Of a stretch of 64,000 nucleotides of DNA, positions 48,066 to 57,454 are shown piece after piece. Source of the DNA: a bacterium (GTDB lineage: Bacteria; Myxococcota_A; Bradymonadia; UBA7976; UBA1532); assembly GCA_030426085.1 (NCBI GenBank), contig JAUHYW010000003.1:119343-183342 (forward strand), read 5' to 3'. Numbering within the stretch: position 1 is the stretch's first letter; every line of letters begins with the position of its first letter. A program made the translations under genes and the position numbers. The notes beneath the pieces were generated by a model. The model was not told the origin of the DNA. It worked only from the letters and a program-made list of their open reading frames with translations, and did no database searches.

Positions 48066-48287
48066 ATGAACCGCCTGTGGACCGCCGCCTACGTCAACCT
48101 GGCCAGCCTGCTGGTCGCATTCGCCGCCTTCGCCGGCTCGTCGCGCACCCCGCCCGGCGGTGACCAGGGCAGCTCGGGCTCCGAGCCGGCCCTGTTCGCG
48201 CTGCTGCTCTTCGCCGCGGTGCCCGGCGTGCTCTTCGTGCGCAAGGCGCTCGCCGCCCAGCGGGCCGACGAGGATCAGCCCCTCTGA
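48066..48287 (+). CDS. mini membrane protein (74 aa) with PEP-CTERM-like arrangement (SEP - TM helix - RK)
   Basis: AGGAGG RBS. MNRLWTAAYVNLASLLVAFAAFAG (signal-like helix)...GSEPALFALLLFAAVPGVLFVRKAL plus an 11-aa tail. High GC3. Confidence 0.45.
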   Translation: MNRLWTAAYVNLASLLVAFAAFAGSSRTPPGGDQGSSGSEPALFALLLFAAVPGVLFVRKALAAQRADEDQPL

Positions 48288-48394
48288 CGACCGCGCCCGC
48301 CGCCGCGCCCGCCGCGCGGGCCGCCGATCGACCCCCCTCCCCTCGCCCTCCGACCGACCGCCGCTGGCCCGGGGCCTACGCCGCGCTGCTCGCC

Positions 48395-49291
48395 GTGGGC
48401 CTCGCCCTGCTCGCGCTTCCGATCCCGTTCTGGGCGGTGGAGCGCTGGCTGGGCGGCATGCTCGGCGGCGCGGCGGCGGGGCTGCTGACGGTCCCCATCT
48501 GCCTCGTGCTGGCGTGGCTCGCCACCCGCCACCCGGCGTGGGATCGGCTCTCGACGCTGCCCGATCGGCCGGGGGCCACCGCGGCGCTCGGGGTGATCGT
48601 GGCGGCCCAGATCGGGGTGCTCGCCCTCGCCGCGCCGTGGGGCGGCGACCGGTGGGACGCGCTGCTGCTCGGGGGCGTCCTGGCCATCGCGGGCGTCTGG
48701 ATCTGGCTGTGGGGCGCGCTGGGCTACGGCCGGGCCCGAGGCCTCGTCTTCCCGGTGGCCTTCGCCGGCTTCGCCCTGCCCTGGGAGCACTTCCTGCGGG
48801 GCGCGATCGACACCCCGCTGCAAGCCTGGACCGCCGACATCGCCCTGCGCGGGCTGCGCCTCGCCGGCTACCCGATGCGGTATTGGAACAGCTACACCAT
48901 CTACTCGCCGGACTACTTCATCATCGTCAACGAGACCTGCTCGGGCATGAACATGCTGGTGACCCTCGGCATGTACACCCTCATCTTCGAGTGGCTGGTG
49001 CAGCCCCGGATGCGCAACCGGCTGCTGGTCCTGGCGCTGGCCTTCCCCCTGGCGATGCTGGCCAACGGGGCCCGGGTGGCGGTCATCTACCTGCTGGGCC
49101 ACTACGGCGGAGTGCCGGCGGCGGAGGGCTTCTGGCACACCGGCAGCGCCTACGTGATCTTCGTGCCGGTGTTCTGGTTCATCTTCGTCGTCGACCGGGC
49201 GCTGACCCGCCGCGACCGCAGGGCGAGGGCCGCCGCCAGCAGCAGCAGCGCGCCGCAGAGCCCCATCCACCAGTCGCCCCAGCGCACGTAG
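48395..49291 (+). CDS. exosortase family protein (EpsH/Xrt-like)
   Basis: Eight predicted TM helices. Conserved active-site region VNETCSGMNMLVTLGMY (Cys). LANGARVAVIYLLGH (Arg). First canonical in-frame start is GTG 48395. C-terminal tail overlaps the convergent lnt by about 140 nt. Confidence 0.8.
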   Translation: MGLALLALPIPFWAVERWLGGMLGGAAAGLLTVPICLVLAWLATRHPAWDRLSTLPDRPGATAALGVIVAAQIGVLALAAPWGGDRWDALLLGGVLAIAGVWIWLWGALGYGRARGLVFPVAFAGFALPWEHFLRGAIDTPLQAWTADIALRGLRLAGYPMRYWNSYTIYSPDYFIIVNETCSGMNMLVTLGMYTLIFEWLVQPRMRNRLLVLALAFPLAMLANGARVAVIYLLGHYGGVPAAEGFWHTGSAYVIFVPVFWFIFVVDRALTRRDRRARAAASSSSAPQSPIHQSPQRT

Positions 49292-50670
49292 AGCGTCGGG
49301 TCGCTGCGCAGCCGGGCCTCGCCCCGCAGCACGCCCGGTTCGAAGAGCCCCAGGGCGCCGTGCGCCCGACCGCGGGGGTCGATGAGCGTCGTGATGCCCG
49401 CCTGCCCCACCCGCAGCAGCCAGCGGCCGGTCTCCACCGCCCGGATCGCCGCCCGGCGGGTCATGTGATCGGTGATCGGAGAGCGCCCGAAGCCGGCGTC
49501 GTTGCTCATCACGACCAGCAGCTCGGCGCCGCGGGCCGCCAGCGCCCGGGCCCCGATGGGATAGACCGACTCCAGGCAGATGAGGGCCCCGATCCGGCCG
49601 GCGGGGGTCGCGATGGGGCGCCACGCGGGCCCCGGGGTGAAGTGGGCCTCGACCCCCGGCACCAGCCGCACCTTGGCCTGACGCCCGATCTCGTCGCCGC
49701 CGGGCGCGATGGCCACCGCGAGGTTGTAGCCCCGCCCCTCGGCGTCGCGGGCGACGAGCCCCGCGATCAGCGTGCTGGTATCGTCGGCCCGGGGGAAGAG
49801 CCGGGCCCGCAGCGCCGCCGTCTCGAGCACCGGCGCCCGGACCGCCGTCTCGGGCCACACCACCAGATCGGGCCGGGCCGCGAGCGCCTGCCGGGTGAGC
49901 GCCTCGTAGGTGGCGACGACGTCCCGCATCGCCGCCGGATCGGCCTGCGCCGCCCGGTACTGGGCGTTGGCCAGCCCGCCCTGCACCCCGGCCACGGTGA
50001 TCGTGCGCTCGCCCAGCGGCGGCGGCGCGACGACCCCGGCGACGCCGACCAGCCCGATGAACCCCGCCGCGCCCAGCGCCGCCGGCCGGTGCGAGCGGCC
50101 GACGAAGGCGAGGTGCCACACGACGCTGCCGCAGAGCGCCAGGAGCGTGCTGACCCCCAGCCCGCCGGTGTGCGGGGCCAGGGCCAGCCACGGCCGCAGC
50201 CACCCGACGTCGGCGATCCCGCCCACGTAGCTCGCCGGCATCGACAGCGGCCCGATCGTCCGGATCCACTCGGTCAGGGCCCAGACCAGCGCCGGCAGCG
50301 CCACGTCGATGGCCTTGCCCGCCGGGCCGGCGACGCGGCCCCACAAGAGGCGCATCAGCAGGCCGTAGATGACCATCTGGCTGCCGGTGTATAGGCTGAA
50401 CGCCACCAGGATCCAGGCGCCGTAGTCGAGGATGCCGTAGATGTGGGCCCCGCCGAGCACGCCCACGAGGCCCCCGAGCAGCGCCGCCTGCGTCGCCGAG
50501 CGGGCGCCCCACAGCGCGCACAGCAGCGGCACGTTGGCCACCAGCGCCAGCGGGCCGAAGTAGATGAACGCCGCGCCGTTGAGCAGGCCGGAGAGCGCCG
50601 CCAGCGCCCAGCGGGCCTCGGCGCAGAGGGCCGGCGCCCAGCGGCCGGCGTGGGTGGGGGCGACGATCAT
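49150..50670 (-). CDS. lnt: apolipoprotein N-acyltransferase
   Basis: N-terminal polytopic domain plus CN-hydrolase domain with E/K/C triad (VVWPETA ... K ... LICLESVYP). C-terminal TM helix. Confidence 0.85.
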   Translation of the reverse strand: MIVAPTHAGRWAPALCAEARWALAALSGLLNGAAFIYFGPLALVANVPLLCALWGARSATQAALLGGLVGVLGGAHIYGILDYGAWILVAFSLYTGSQMVIYGLLMRLLWGRVAGPAGKAIDVALPALVWALTEWIRTIGPLSMPASYVGGIADVGWLRPWLALAPHTGGLGVSTLLALCGSVVWHLAFVGRSHRPAALGAAGFIGLVGVAGVVAPPPLGERTITVAGVQGGLANAQYRAAQADPAAMRDVVATYEALTRQALAARPDLVVWPETAVRAPVLETAALRARLFPRADDTSTLIAGLVARDAEGRGYNLAVAIAPGGDEIGRQAKVRLVPGVEAHFTPGPAWRPIATPAGRIGALICLESVYPIGARALAARGAELLVVMSNDAGFGRSPITDHMTRRAAIRAVETGRWLLRVGQAGITTLIDPRGRAHGALGLFEPGVLRGEARLRSDPTLYVRWGDWWMGLCGALLLLAAALALRSRRVSARSTTKMNQNTGTKIT

Positions 50671-50674
50671 GGGG

Positions 50675-51184
50675 TCACCACGGGGGCTCCCGGGCGCCGA
50701 TCAGGGCCAGATCGACCGCCGCCGGGGGCAGCGCGCCCTCGGGGATGCGCACCACGCCCACGCCGGGGACCAGCGCCACCGGATCCACGCCGAAGAGCCC
50801 GATCAGGAGCTGAGGTCCGTCGGCGGTGAGCCGCAGCCGGGGCGGGGCGCCGGTCCAGCGGTCGGCGGTGTGCGGCCGGGTCTCGAGGCCCAGGCCGTCG
50901 AGCAGCGCGGTCCAGCCGGCGGCGTCGGCGGGCGCCGGGCCGCGCGGCGGCGGGTGATCGGGCGCGTAGCGGGCGTGGATCTCGGCGGGCAGGCTCAGCG
51001 CGGGGCGGGGGTCGACCACCGCCCCCAGGGGCGCGGCGTAGGGGCTGTGATAGCTGCGGTACAGGCCCTCGACGGTGTAGTCGTCGGTCAGCTCGCTGTG
51101 GGCCCGCACCGCCACGGCGCCGACCCAGAGCAGCATCAGCGGCCACAGGATCCGGGCCGTCCGCCGGCCCGTGGCCCGGCTCAC
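50675..51184 (-). CDS. hypothetical small signal-anchored protein (169 aa)
   Basis: GTG start overlapping the kinase stop (GTGA). Signal-anchor [19 protein letters not shown]. Ends 4 nt before lnt. High GC3. The upstream track ORF part is antisense junk. Confidence 0.5.
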   Translation of the reverse strand: MSRATGRRTARILWPLMLLWVGAVAVRAHSELTDDYTVEGLYRSYHSPYAAPLGAVVDPRPALSLPAEIHARYAPDHPPPRGPAPADAAGWTALLDGLGLETRPHTADRWTGAPPRLRLTADGPQLLIGLFGVDPVALVPGVGVVRIPEGALPPAAVDLALIGAREPPW

Positions 51185-54100
51185 GGGTCGCGGGCCAGCC
51201 GGAAGCCCACCGAGACCGACACCGCGTTGGGCGCCATCGCGTGGCGCGAAGCGGCCCGGGCGTGCAGGTCGAGGTGGTTCCAGCTCCCGCCCCGGCAGAT
51301 GCGGTCGGCGTTCTCCCCCTCGGCCCCCGCCGGGCTGACCGTCCAATCGCTCACGCTGCCGGCCAGATCCATCACCCCGTACGGGCTGCGGTCGGTGGGG
51401 AAGCTGCCGCACGGCTCGAGGTGGGCCGCCCCGGGGCGGGCGTGAGCCGACTTGCAGTAGGTCGGCTCCCAGGTGTTGCCCCACGGGAAGTGGCGCAGGT
51501 CAGCGCCCCGGGCGGCGACCTCCCACTCGATCTCGGTCGGCAGGCGGTAGCGGGCGTGGTCCAGCGCGCTGCGCCAGCGGCAGTAGGCCAGCGCGTCGTC
51601 GAAGGCCACCCCGAACACCGGCCAGTTGGGGTCCCACGGGATGCCGTTGGGGTCCCGCTCGGGGATTTCGAACCGGCCGCCCGCCTCGCGGAAGAGCATG
51701 CCCCCGCCGGTGAACAGCCGCGGCGCCCGCCGCCGGGCCTGCTCGATGTCATCGGCGGCAAGCCCGTTGAGGAAGTCGAGGTACTGCCGCCCGCTGACCG
51801 GCAGCCGGGAGAGGCAGAAGTCGGCCACCTCGACGGTCTGCCGGGGCAGGCCCCACGAGGCGAGGCGGTCGCCGCCGATGGTCTTCGGGCCGCCCGGGAT
51901 GTAGACGAAGCCGGCCCCCAGCGCGGCCTCGGTGCGCATGCGCACCGTCACCTCGGCCTCGCCCAGCCGCTCGATGCGCACCGGCACCTGGGTGTCGCGC
52001 AGGCCGGGGGCCCGCAGCACGAGCAGGTAGTTGCCCATCGGCAGCGGGTCGACGACCACCGGGGTCCGCCCCAGGTCGCGCCCGTTCTGGGGGGTGAGGA
52101 TCTTGTCGATCTCGACGTAGTCGAACAGCACCGCCCGGGCGCCGGGGGGGTCGGTCTCGACCTGAAGCCGCCCGTCGCCCCGCAGCAGCTCGGCGTAGTG
52201 CCCGGTGTCGACCCCCCGCAGCACGGTCTCGTACTGCACCATCGCCGGCCGGTCGTCCTCGTGCTCGGCTTGCAGGAACCCGCCCCAGTAGAGCTGGCAC
52301 AGCCCCTCGCGGGCCTCGGCGTCGTCCGGGTCGCAGACCAGCGCCTGGCGGAAGCTCTGGCCGGCGCGGGTGAAGCTCTCCACCCGCTCCCGGCGGGCGT
52401 GGTCGAGGTGCTGCTGCGCGTCCCACAGCGGCCGCCGCTTCTCGGCCCCGGCCCACGGGGCCAGCCGCAGCCGCTGGTTCTCGACCTCGGCCATGAGCCG
52501 CTCGACCGCCCGGGTGTGGGCCCGGTAGTCGTCGACGTGGCCCTTGGCGGTGGTCGTGTGGCGCCGGGCCTCCTTGCGCTGCCGCTCCAGCTCCATCGCG
52601 CCCTCGAGGAAGCGCTGCAAGTCGGCGTGCACGTCGAGCACCGAGCGGTAGCGCTGCTCGATGTCCTTGGCCAGGCAGCGCATCGCGATGGCCTCGAGCT
52701 CGGCCGGGATCTCGCGGGCCGGGGCCCGCTTGCGGGGGGGGATGACCCGCTCGCGCAGCATCTTGCGGATGATCGCCCGCGCGTCGCGCCCGGTGTAGGG
52801 CGGCCGCAGGGTCAGGATCTCGTAGAGGATGGCCCCGAGGCTGTAGATGTCGGAGCGCTCGTCGACCTCGTCGAGGTTGCCCAGCGCCAGCTCGGGCGGC
52901 ATGTAGCCCGGGGTGCCGATGACCTCGCCGTGGCGGGTCGCCCACCGGCTCATGCCCGCCCGGTGGCTCTGGATGCCGTCCTCCACCGCCCGCCGGGGCA
53001 GGATCTTGGCCAGCCCCCAGTCCATGACCAGGATCTCGCCGAAGTCGCCGAACATGATGTTGCTCGGCTTGAGGTCGCGGTGCACGACGTGGCGGCTGTG
53101 GGCGTAGGCGATGCCCATGCACACCTGCTGGAAGCTCGTCAGCAGCCGGTTGCGGCCGAACTCGGCCTCGATGTCGGCGTCGCCCCGGCGCAGCCCCTTG
53201 AGCACGTCCCGCAGGGTGACGCCCTGCACCAGCTTCATCGTGAAGTAGAGCTGGCCGTCCTTGTGCCGCCCGAGGTCGTAGACCGGCACGATGTTGGGGT
53301 GCTGGAGCTGGCCGGTGATCTGGGCCTCTTCGGTGAAGCGGAGCTGCAGCCCGAGCTGCTCGTCCTTGCCCTTGATGAGCAGCTTCATGGCCACGGCCCG
53401 GTCGATGTTCTGGTCCCGGGCCTCGATCACCCGGCCCATGCCGCCCTTGGCGATCAGGCCGCCGAGCTCGTAGCGGGTCGCGCTCTGGTGCAGGGTCGGC
53501 AGCACGTCGCTGCGCCGGTCCCGCTCCCGCTCGGCGGTCTTCGGGCGGCGGTCGACGACGTCGAACGGCACCCCCCCGGGGCTCGGCGCGCGCTCGGGCT
53601 CGCCGGACATCTCGTCGACCGGTTCGAAGTCGGCCGAGGAGCCGAAGCCCGACCCCAGGTCGGAGACCGAGCGCTCCTGCTTGGAGACGTGGTCCGAGAC
53701 GAGCAGGTCGCCCCCGTCGGCCGGCCTCTCGATCTGGGGCAGCGCGCCCGACTGGGGCCGGATCCGACCCACCGGCAGCGCGTCGGGCAGCTCGTCGAAG
53801 CCGTCGTCGGTGCCGAACGCCCGGTAGGCGGCGAAGGGGTCGTCCGCCGAGTCGAGCCCGTCGGTCGCCGCGCTCTCGGCGGCGGCCCCCTCGAACAGGA
53901 AGTGCCCGTCGCCCACGTCGAGCAGCGCCTCGAGGTCGTCGTCGAGCGCCGGACTGCCCGCCGCCGAGGGCCCCTGGGAGACGTGGAACGGCAGATCGGC
54001 CGCCGGCGGGGGCCCGGTGTCGGCCATCGGCGCGCCGTCGTCCCACGGCAGGTCGGGCTCGGTGACCCGGCGGGCGGCGGGCATGAGGGTCGGGCTGTCG

Positions 54101-54915
54101 CTGTCCGGCTCGGGGCGCCCGGTCGGCTCGTCCGAGTCGTCGGGGCCCACGCTGTCGAAGACGTCGGCGTCCGTCGGCCCATCGAGCGGCTCGAGCGGCG
54201 CGTCGGAGTCGGCGAGCGAGACCACCCGGAACGGGTTCGCGCCCCGGGAGTCGAGGCCGTCGGCGGGCAGCGAGTCGTACTCGAAGGTGTTCATCGAGTC
54301 GAACGGTGATCCGAGCGAGTCGAGGCCGTCGTCCGACAGATCGGCCACCGGGGTGGTCTCGGCGCTGTCGAGGCGGTCGGGCGGGCGCGGCTCGGCGGGG
54401 GGCAGGATGTCCCGGCCGAAGGGCGCGGTGGCGGGTGGGGTGCCGGTCGGGGGGTCGCGATCGACCGGACGGCCGAAGGGTGTGGCCACCGCGGCCACCG
54501 GGCGCCGATCGGGGGGCGCGATGCCGGGGGTTGTCGGGCGGGCGGTCGGGCGGGCCACGCCGGGCGTCGTGGGCCGGGCCGGCGGGGCCTGGACCGCCGG
54601 CTCGGAGCGGCGGCCGGGCGGCGGCGAGACCGGCGTCGAGCCGGAGCTGTCGGGCCGGGGCCGGGGCGGCGCCGGGCGCAGGGCGACCCGGCCCGGCGGC
54701 GCCGACGAACCGCGCCGGTGACGGGGCGGCTCGTCGTCCTGGGCGATGAGCGAGGCGAGCTGGTCGTGGGAGGTCAACCCCATCTCGATGATGAGGTCGA
54801 CGAACGGGCGCCCGTTGGCCTCGGCGAGCTTGCGGAACTGATTGAGCAGGGGCTCGGGCACACCCAGCTTGTCACGCACCAGCGCGACGAGTCGGGTGTC
54901 GTCCAGGCCGTGCAT
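51181..54915 (-). CDS. Ser/Thr protein kinase with N-terminal T2SS-E N-terminal-like (MshEN-type) domain and C-terminal FGE-sulfatase (SUMF1-like) domain
   Basis: N-terminus [51 protein letters not shown]. About 380-aa Pro/Asp-rich disordered region. Kinase motifs ([42 protein letters not shown]). C-terminal FGE-sulfatase motifs ([14 protein letters not shown]...PWGN..., RGGSW). Confidence 0.85.
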   Translation of the reverse strand: MHGLDDTRLVALVRDKLGVPEPLLNQFRKLAEANGRPFVDLIIEMGLTSHDQLASLIAQDDEPPRHRRGSSAPPGRVALRPAPPRPRPDSSGSTPVSPPPGRRSEPAVQAPPARPTTPGVARPTARPTTPGIAPPDRRPVAAVATPFGRPVDRDPPTGTPPATAPFGRDILPPAEPRPPDRLDSAETTPVADLSDDGLDSLGSPFDSMNTFEYDSLPADGLDSRGANPFRVVSLADSDAPLEPLDGPTDADVFDSVGPDDSDEPTGRPEPDSDSPTLMPAARRVTEPDLPWDDGAPMADTGPPPAADLPFHVSQGPSAAGSPALDDDLEALLDVGDGHFLFEGAAAESAATDGLDSADDPFAAYRAFGTDDGFDELPDALPVGRIRPQSGALPQIERPADGGDLLVSDHVSKQERSVSDLGSGFGSSADFEPVDEMSGEPERAPSPGGVPFDVVDRRPKTAERERDRRSDVLPTLHQSATRYELGGLIAKGGMGRVIEARDQNIDRAVAMKLLIKGKDEQLGLQLRFTEEAQITGQLQHPNIVPVYDLGRHKDGQLYFTMKLVQGVTLRDVLKGLRRGDADIEAEFGRNRLLTSFQQVCMGIAYAHSRHVVHRDLKPSNIMFGDFGEILVMDWGLAKILPRRAVEDGIQSHRAGMSRWATRHGEVIGTPGYMPPELALGNLDEVDERSDIYSLGAILYEILTLRPPYTGRDARAIIRKMLRERVIPPRKRAPAREIPAELEAIAMRCLAKDIEQRYRSVLDVHADLQRFLEGAMELERQRKEARRHTTTAKGHVDDYRAHTRAVERLMAEVENQRLRLAPWAGAEKRRPLWDAQQHLDHARRERVESFTRAGQSFRQALVCDPDDAEAREGLCQLYWGGFLQAEHEDDRPAMVQYETVLRGVDTGHYAELLRGDGRLQVETDPPGARAVLFDYVEIDKILTPQNGRDLGRTPVVVDPLPMGNYLLVLRAPGLRDTQVPVRIERLGEAEVTVRMRTEAALGAGFVYIPGGPKTIGGDRLASWGLPRQTVEVADFCLSRLPVSGRQYLDFLNGLAADDIEQARRRAPRLFTGGGMLFREAGGRFEIPERDPNGIPWDPNWPVFGVAFDDALAYCRWRSALDHARYRLPTEIEWEVAARGADLRHFPWGNTWEPTYCKSAHARPGAAHLEPCGSFPTDRSPYGVMDLAGSVSDWTVSPAGAEGENADRICRGGSWNHLDLHARAASRHAMAPNAVSVSVGFRLARDP

Positions 54916-54942
54916 CCCCGCCCCCCTCCGTGCGTGCGCCCG

Positions 54943-56187
54943 TCAGCCGGGCCAGGTCTCGATCAGGCGGTGCACCTCGGCGTCGGCCAGGACCCGGTTG
55001 CGGGCCTTGGCCTCGCCGAGGATGTAGGCCGACAGGCCCTCCCGGCGCTCGACGCCGTGCACCTCCAGCCAGAAGTCGACGTTCGACAGGCCGCTCATGT
55101 GGCCCACCTCGATGCGCTGCTGCTTGCCGAACTCACCGGCCGGCACCCCGCTGTAGATGCGGTCGGCCAGCCAGTGATCGCCCTTGCGCTGGGCCTTGAT
55201 CACCGCCGCGGCGTGCACCCCGGTCGCGGTGCGGAAGGCGTCGTCGCCCATCACCGGATAGTTCAGCGGGATGGGCCAGCGGCAGGCCTCGCTGACCGTC
55301 TGACACCACTCGACCAGCCGGGTCAGGTCGTTGTCGATCTCGCCCATCAGCTTGAAGTTGATCAGGATCTGATCGAGCGCGGCGTTGCCCACCCGCTCGC
55401 CGATGCCCAGCGCGGTGCCGTGGATGCGATCGGCCCCGAACTCGGCGGCGAAGATCGAGTTGCACACCGCCAGCCCGCGGTCGTTGTGCCCGTGCCAGTC
55501 GATGCCGATCTCCTCGCCGGTGCCCTCGATGAGGTTGCGGGTCCACCAGATGAGGTTGCGCACCCCGTCGGGCGTCGCGTGGCCCACGGTGTCGCACAGG
55601 CACAGCCGGGTGGCGCCCTTGTCGATGGCGTTGAGGAAGAGCGGCTGCAGCGTCTCGGGGCGGCTGCGCACGGTGTCCTCGGTCACGAAGGTGACCGGGA
55701 GGTTCTCCTTCACCGCGAACTCGATGGCGCTGCCGCTCAGCTCGAGCAGCCGGTCGAGGTCCCAGTTCTCGGCGTACTGCCGGATGGGGCTCGTGCCCAG
55801 GAACGCCATCACCTCGATCTCGAGGCCGGTCTTCTGGCTGATCTCGGCGATGGGCCGGATGTCGTTGATGTGGGTCCGCGCGGCGCAGCTCGGGCGGATC
55901 TGCATCCCGTTGGCGACGTGGTGCTCGGCCAGCGCGGTGACATCGGCCACCGCCCGGGGCCCGGCGCCGGGCAGCCCGAGGTCGATGGCGTCGATGCCCA
56001 GCGCCTCTTCGAGCTCGAGGATCTTGAGCTTGGCCGCCAGCGGAGGGTCGGTGATCGAGGGCCCCTGGATGCCGTCGCGCAGGGTCTCGTCGTAGAACAG
56101 CACCGTCGGGGCCAGCGCCGCCCGGCGGCCCTTGAGGTTCCAGTTGTAGATCAGCTCGGCTTCCGCCGGTCGGCGCTTCTGCTTCAT
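54943..56187 (-). CDS. HMGL-like family protein (2-isopropylmalate/homocitrate synthase-like aldolase domain, no LeuA regulatory domain)
   Basis: DETLRDGIQ and WHGHNDRGLAVCNS metal-binding motifs of the DRE-TIM metallolyase fold. 414 aa. ATG overlaps the thiolase stop (TGATG). Confidence 0.8.
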   Translation of the reverse strand: MKQKRRPAEAELIYNWNLKGRRAALAPTVLFYDETLRDGIQGPSITDPPLAAKLKILELEEALGIDAIDLGLPGAGPRAVADVTALAEHHVANGMQIRPSCAARTHINDIRPIAEISQKTGLEIEVMAFLGTSPIRQYAENWDLDRLLELSGSAIEFAVKENLPVTFVTEDTVRSRPETLQPLFLNAIDKGATRLCLCDTVGHATPDGVRNLIWWTRNLIEGTGEEIGIDWHGHNDRGLAVCNSIFAAEFGADRIHGTALGIGERVGNAALDQILINFKLMGEIDNDLTRLVEWCQTVSEACRWPIPLNYPVMGDDAFRTATGVHAAAVIKAQRKGDHWLADRIYSGVPAGEFGKQQRIEVGHMSGLSNVDFWLEVHGVERREGLSAYILGEAKARNRVLADAEVHRLIETWPG

Positions 56188-57383
56188 CACACAGCCTCCA
56201 CGATGACCGCGATGCCCTGCCCCCCGCCGATGCAGGCGGTGCCCAGCGCGAAGCGGCCGCCCCGCTGCTTCAGGGCGTAGAGCAGGTGGGTCACGATGCG
56301 GGCGCCGGTGGCCCCGAGGGGGTGCCCCAGGGCGATGGCGCCGCCGTCGACGTTGGTCCGATCGCGGGGCAGGCCGAGGGCCTTCTCCACCGCCAGATAC
56401 TGCGGGGCGAAGGCCTCGTTGACCTCGATGACGTCCATCTGGTCGACGGTCATGCCGGCCCGCTCGAGCGCGATGCGGCTCGCCGGCACCGGTCCGATGC
56501 CCATGATGCTCGGGTCGCAGCCGCTCACCCCCCACTGCACCAGCCGGCCGAGCGGCGCGAGGCCCTTCTCGGCGGCGTAGGCCGCGGTGCTCATCACCAG
56601 CGCGGCGGCGCCGTCGCAGATGCCGCTGGCGTTGCCCGCGGTCACCGTGCCGTCCTGCTTGAACACCGGCCGCAGCTTCGCCAGCCCGGCGGCGTCGCTC
56701 TGGGGGCGGGGGTGCTCGTCGACCTCGAAGGTGACGCTGCCCTTGCGCGACTTCAGCTCGATGGGCGCGATCTCGTCGGCGAAGCGCCCCGCCGCCTGCG
56801 CCTCGGCCCAGGTGCGCTGGCTGCGCAGGGCGTAGGCGTCGCACGCCTCGCGGTCGATGGCGTACTGCTCGGCGAGGTTCTCGGCGGTGATCGCCATCGG
56901 CATGCCGGTGTAGCTGTCGGTCAGGCAGGTCCACAGGCTGTCTTCCAGCTCGGGGCTCTTGCCGAACCGCAGGCCCTTGCGGCCCCCCCGCAGGACGTGC
57001 GGGGCCTGGCTCATCGACTCGGTGCCCCCGACCAGCACCGCCCGGGCGTCGCCGACCAGGATCTCACGGGCCCCGCCGGTGATCGCCTCGAAGCCCGACC
57101 CGCACAGCCGGTTGACGGTGACCGCCGGCACCCGCTGGGGCACCCCGCTCTTCAGGCCGACGTGGCGGGCGAGATAGATCGCGTCCTTGCTGGTCTGGAG
57201 CACGTTGCCGAAGACGACGTGGTCGATGTCCTCGGCGGGCACGCCGCTCTGGGCCAGGGCGGCCCGGGCGGCGTGCACCCCCAGGTCGGTGGCCGAGAGG
57301 CCGTCGAGGGCGCCGTTGAAGGTGCCGAACGCGGTGCGCCGGGCGCCCAGGAACACGATCTCGGTGGACAGGGGCCTGCTCAT
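56187..57383 (-). CDS. acetyl-CoA C-acetyltransferase (thiolase II)
   Basis: Active-site Cys region VNRLCGSGFEAI. C-terminal GHPLGATGARI...CIGGGQGIA. Start chosen at the ATG giving MSRPLSTEIVFLGARRTA. The track start 57422 is an alternative. Confidence 0.9.
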   Translation of the reverse strand: MSRPLSTEIVFLGARRTAFGTFNGALDGLSATDLGVHAARAALAQSGVPAEDIDHVVFGNVLQTSKDAIYLARHVGLKSGVPQRVPAVTVNRLCGSGFEAITGGAREILVGDARAVLVGGTESMSQAPHVLRGGRKGLRFGKSPELEDSLWTCLTDSYTGMPMAITAENLAEQYAIDREACDAYALRSQRTWAEAQAAGRFADEIAPIELKSRKGSVTFEVDEHPRPQSDAAGLAKLRPVFKQDGTVTAGNASGICDGAAALVMSTAAYAAEKGLAPLGRLVQWGVSGCDPSIMGIGPVPASRIALERAGMTVDQMDVIEVNEAFAPQYLAVEKALGLPRDRTNVDGGAIALGHPLGATGARIVTHLLYALKQRGGRFALGTACIGGGQGIAVIVEAV

Positions 57384-57454
57384 CTCGGGGTCTCTCTCCT
57401 CGCTGGGACTCGATTGTAACAAATCGCCGCCGTTCGGATGGCGTCAGCGGCACT

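Noticed and set aside
48160-50521. 744-aa (+) and 748-aa (-) ORFs spanning the exosortase/lnt region
   Set aside because: Out-of-frame or antisense to exosortase and lnt. Translations are Arg/Gly/Pro-rich noise.
51241-56280. Long ORFs 51241..54309(+), 51749..54046(-), 54718..56280(+)
   Set aside because: Antisense or frame-shifted relative to the STK-FGE kinase and the HMGL-like gene.
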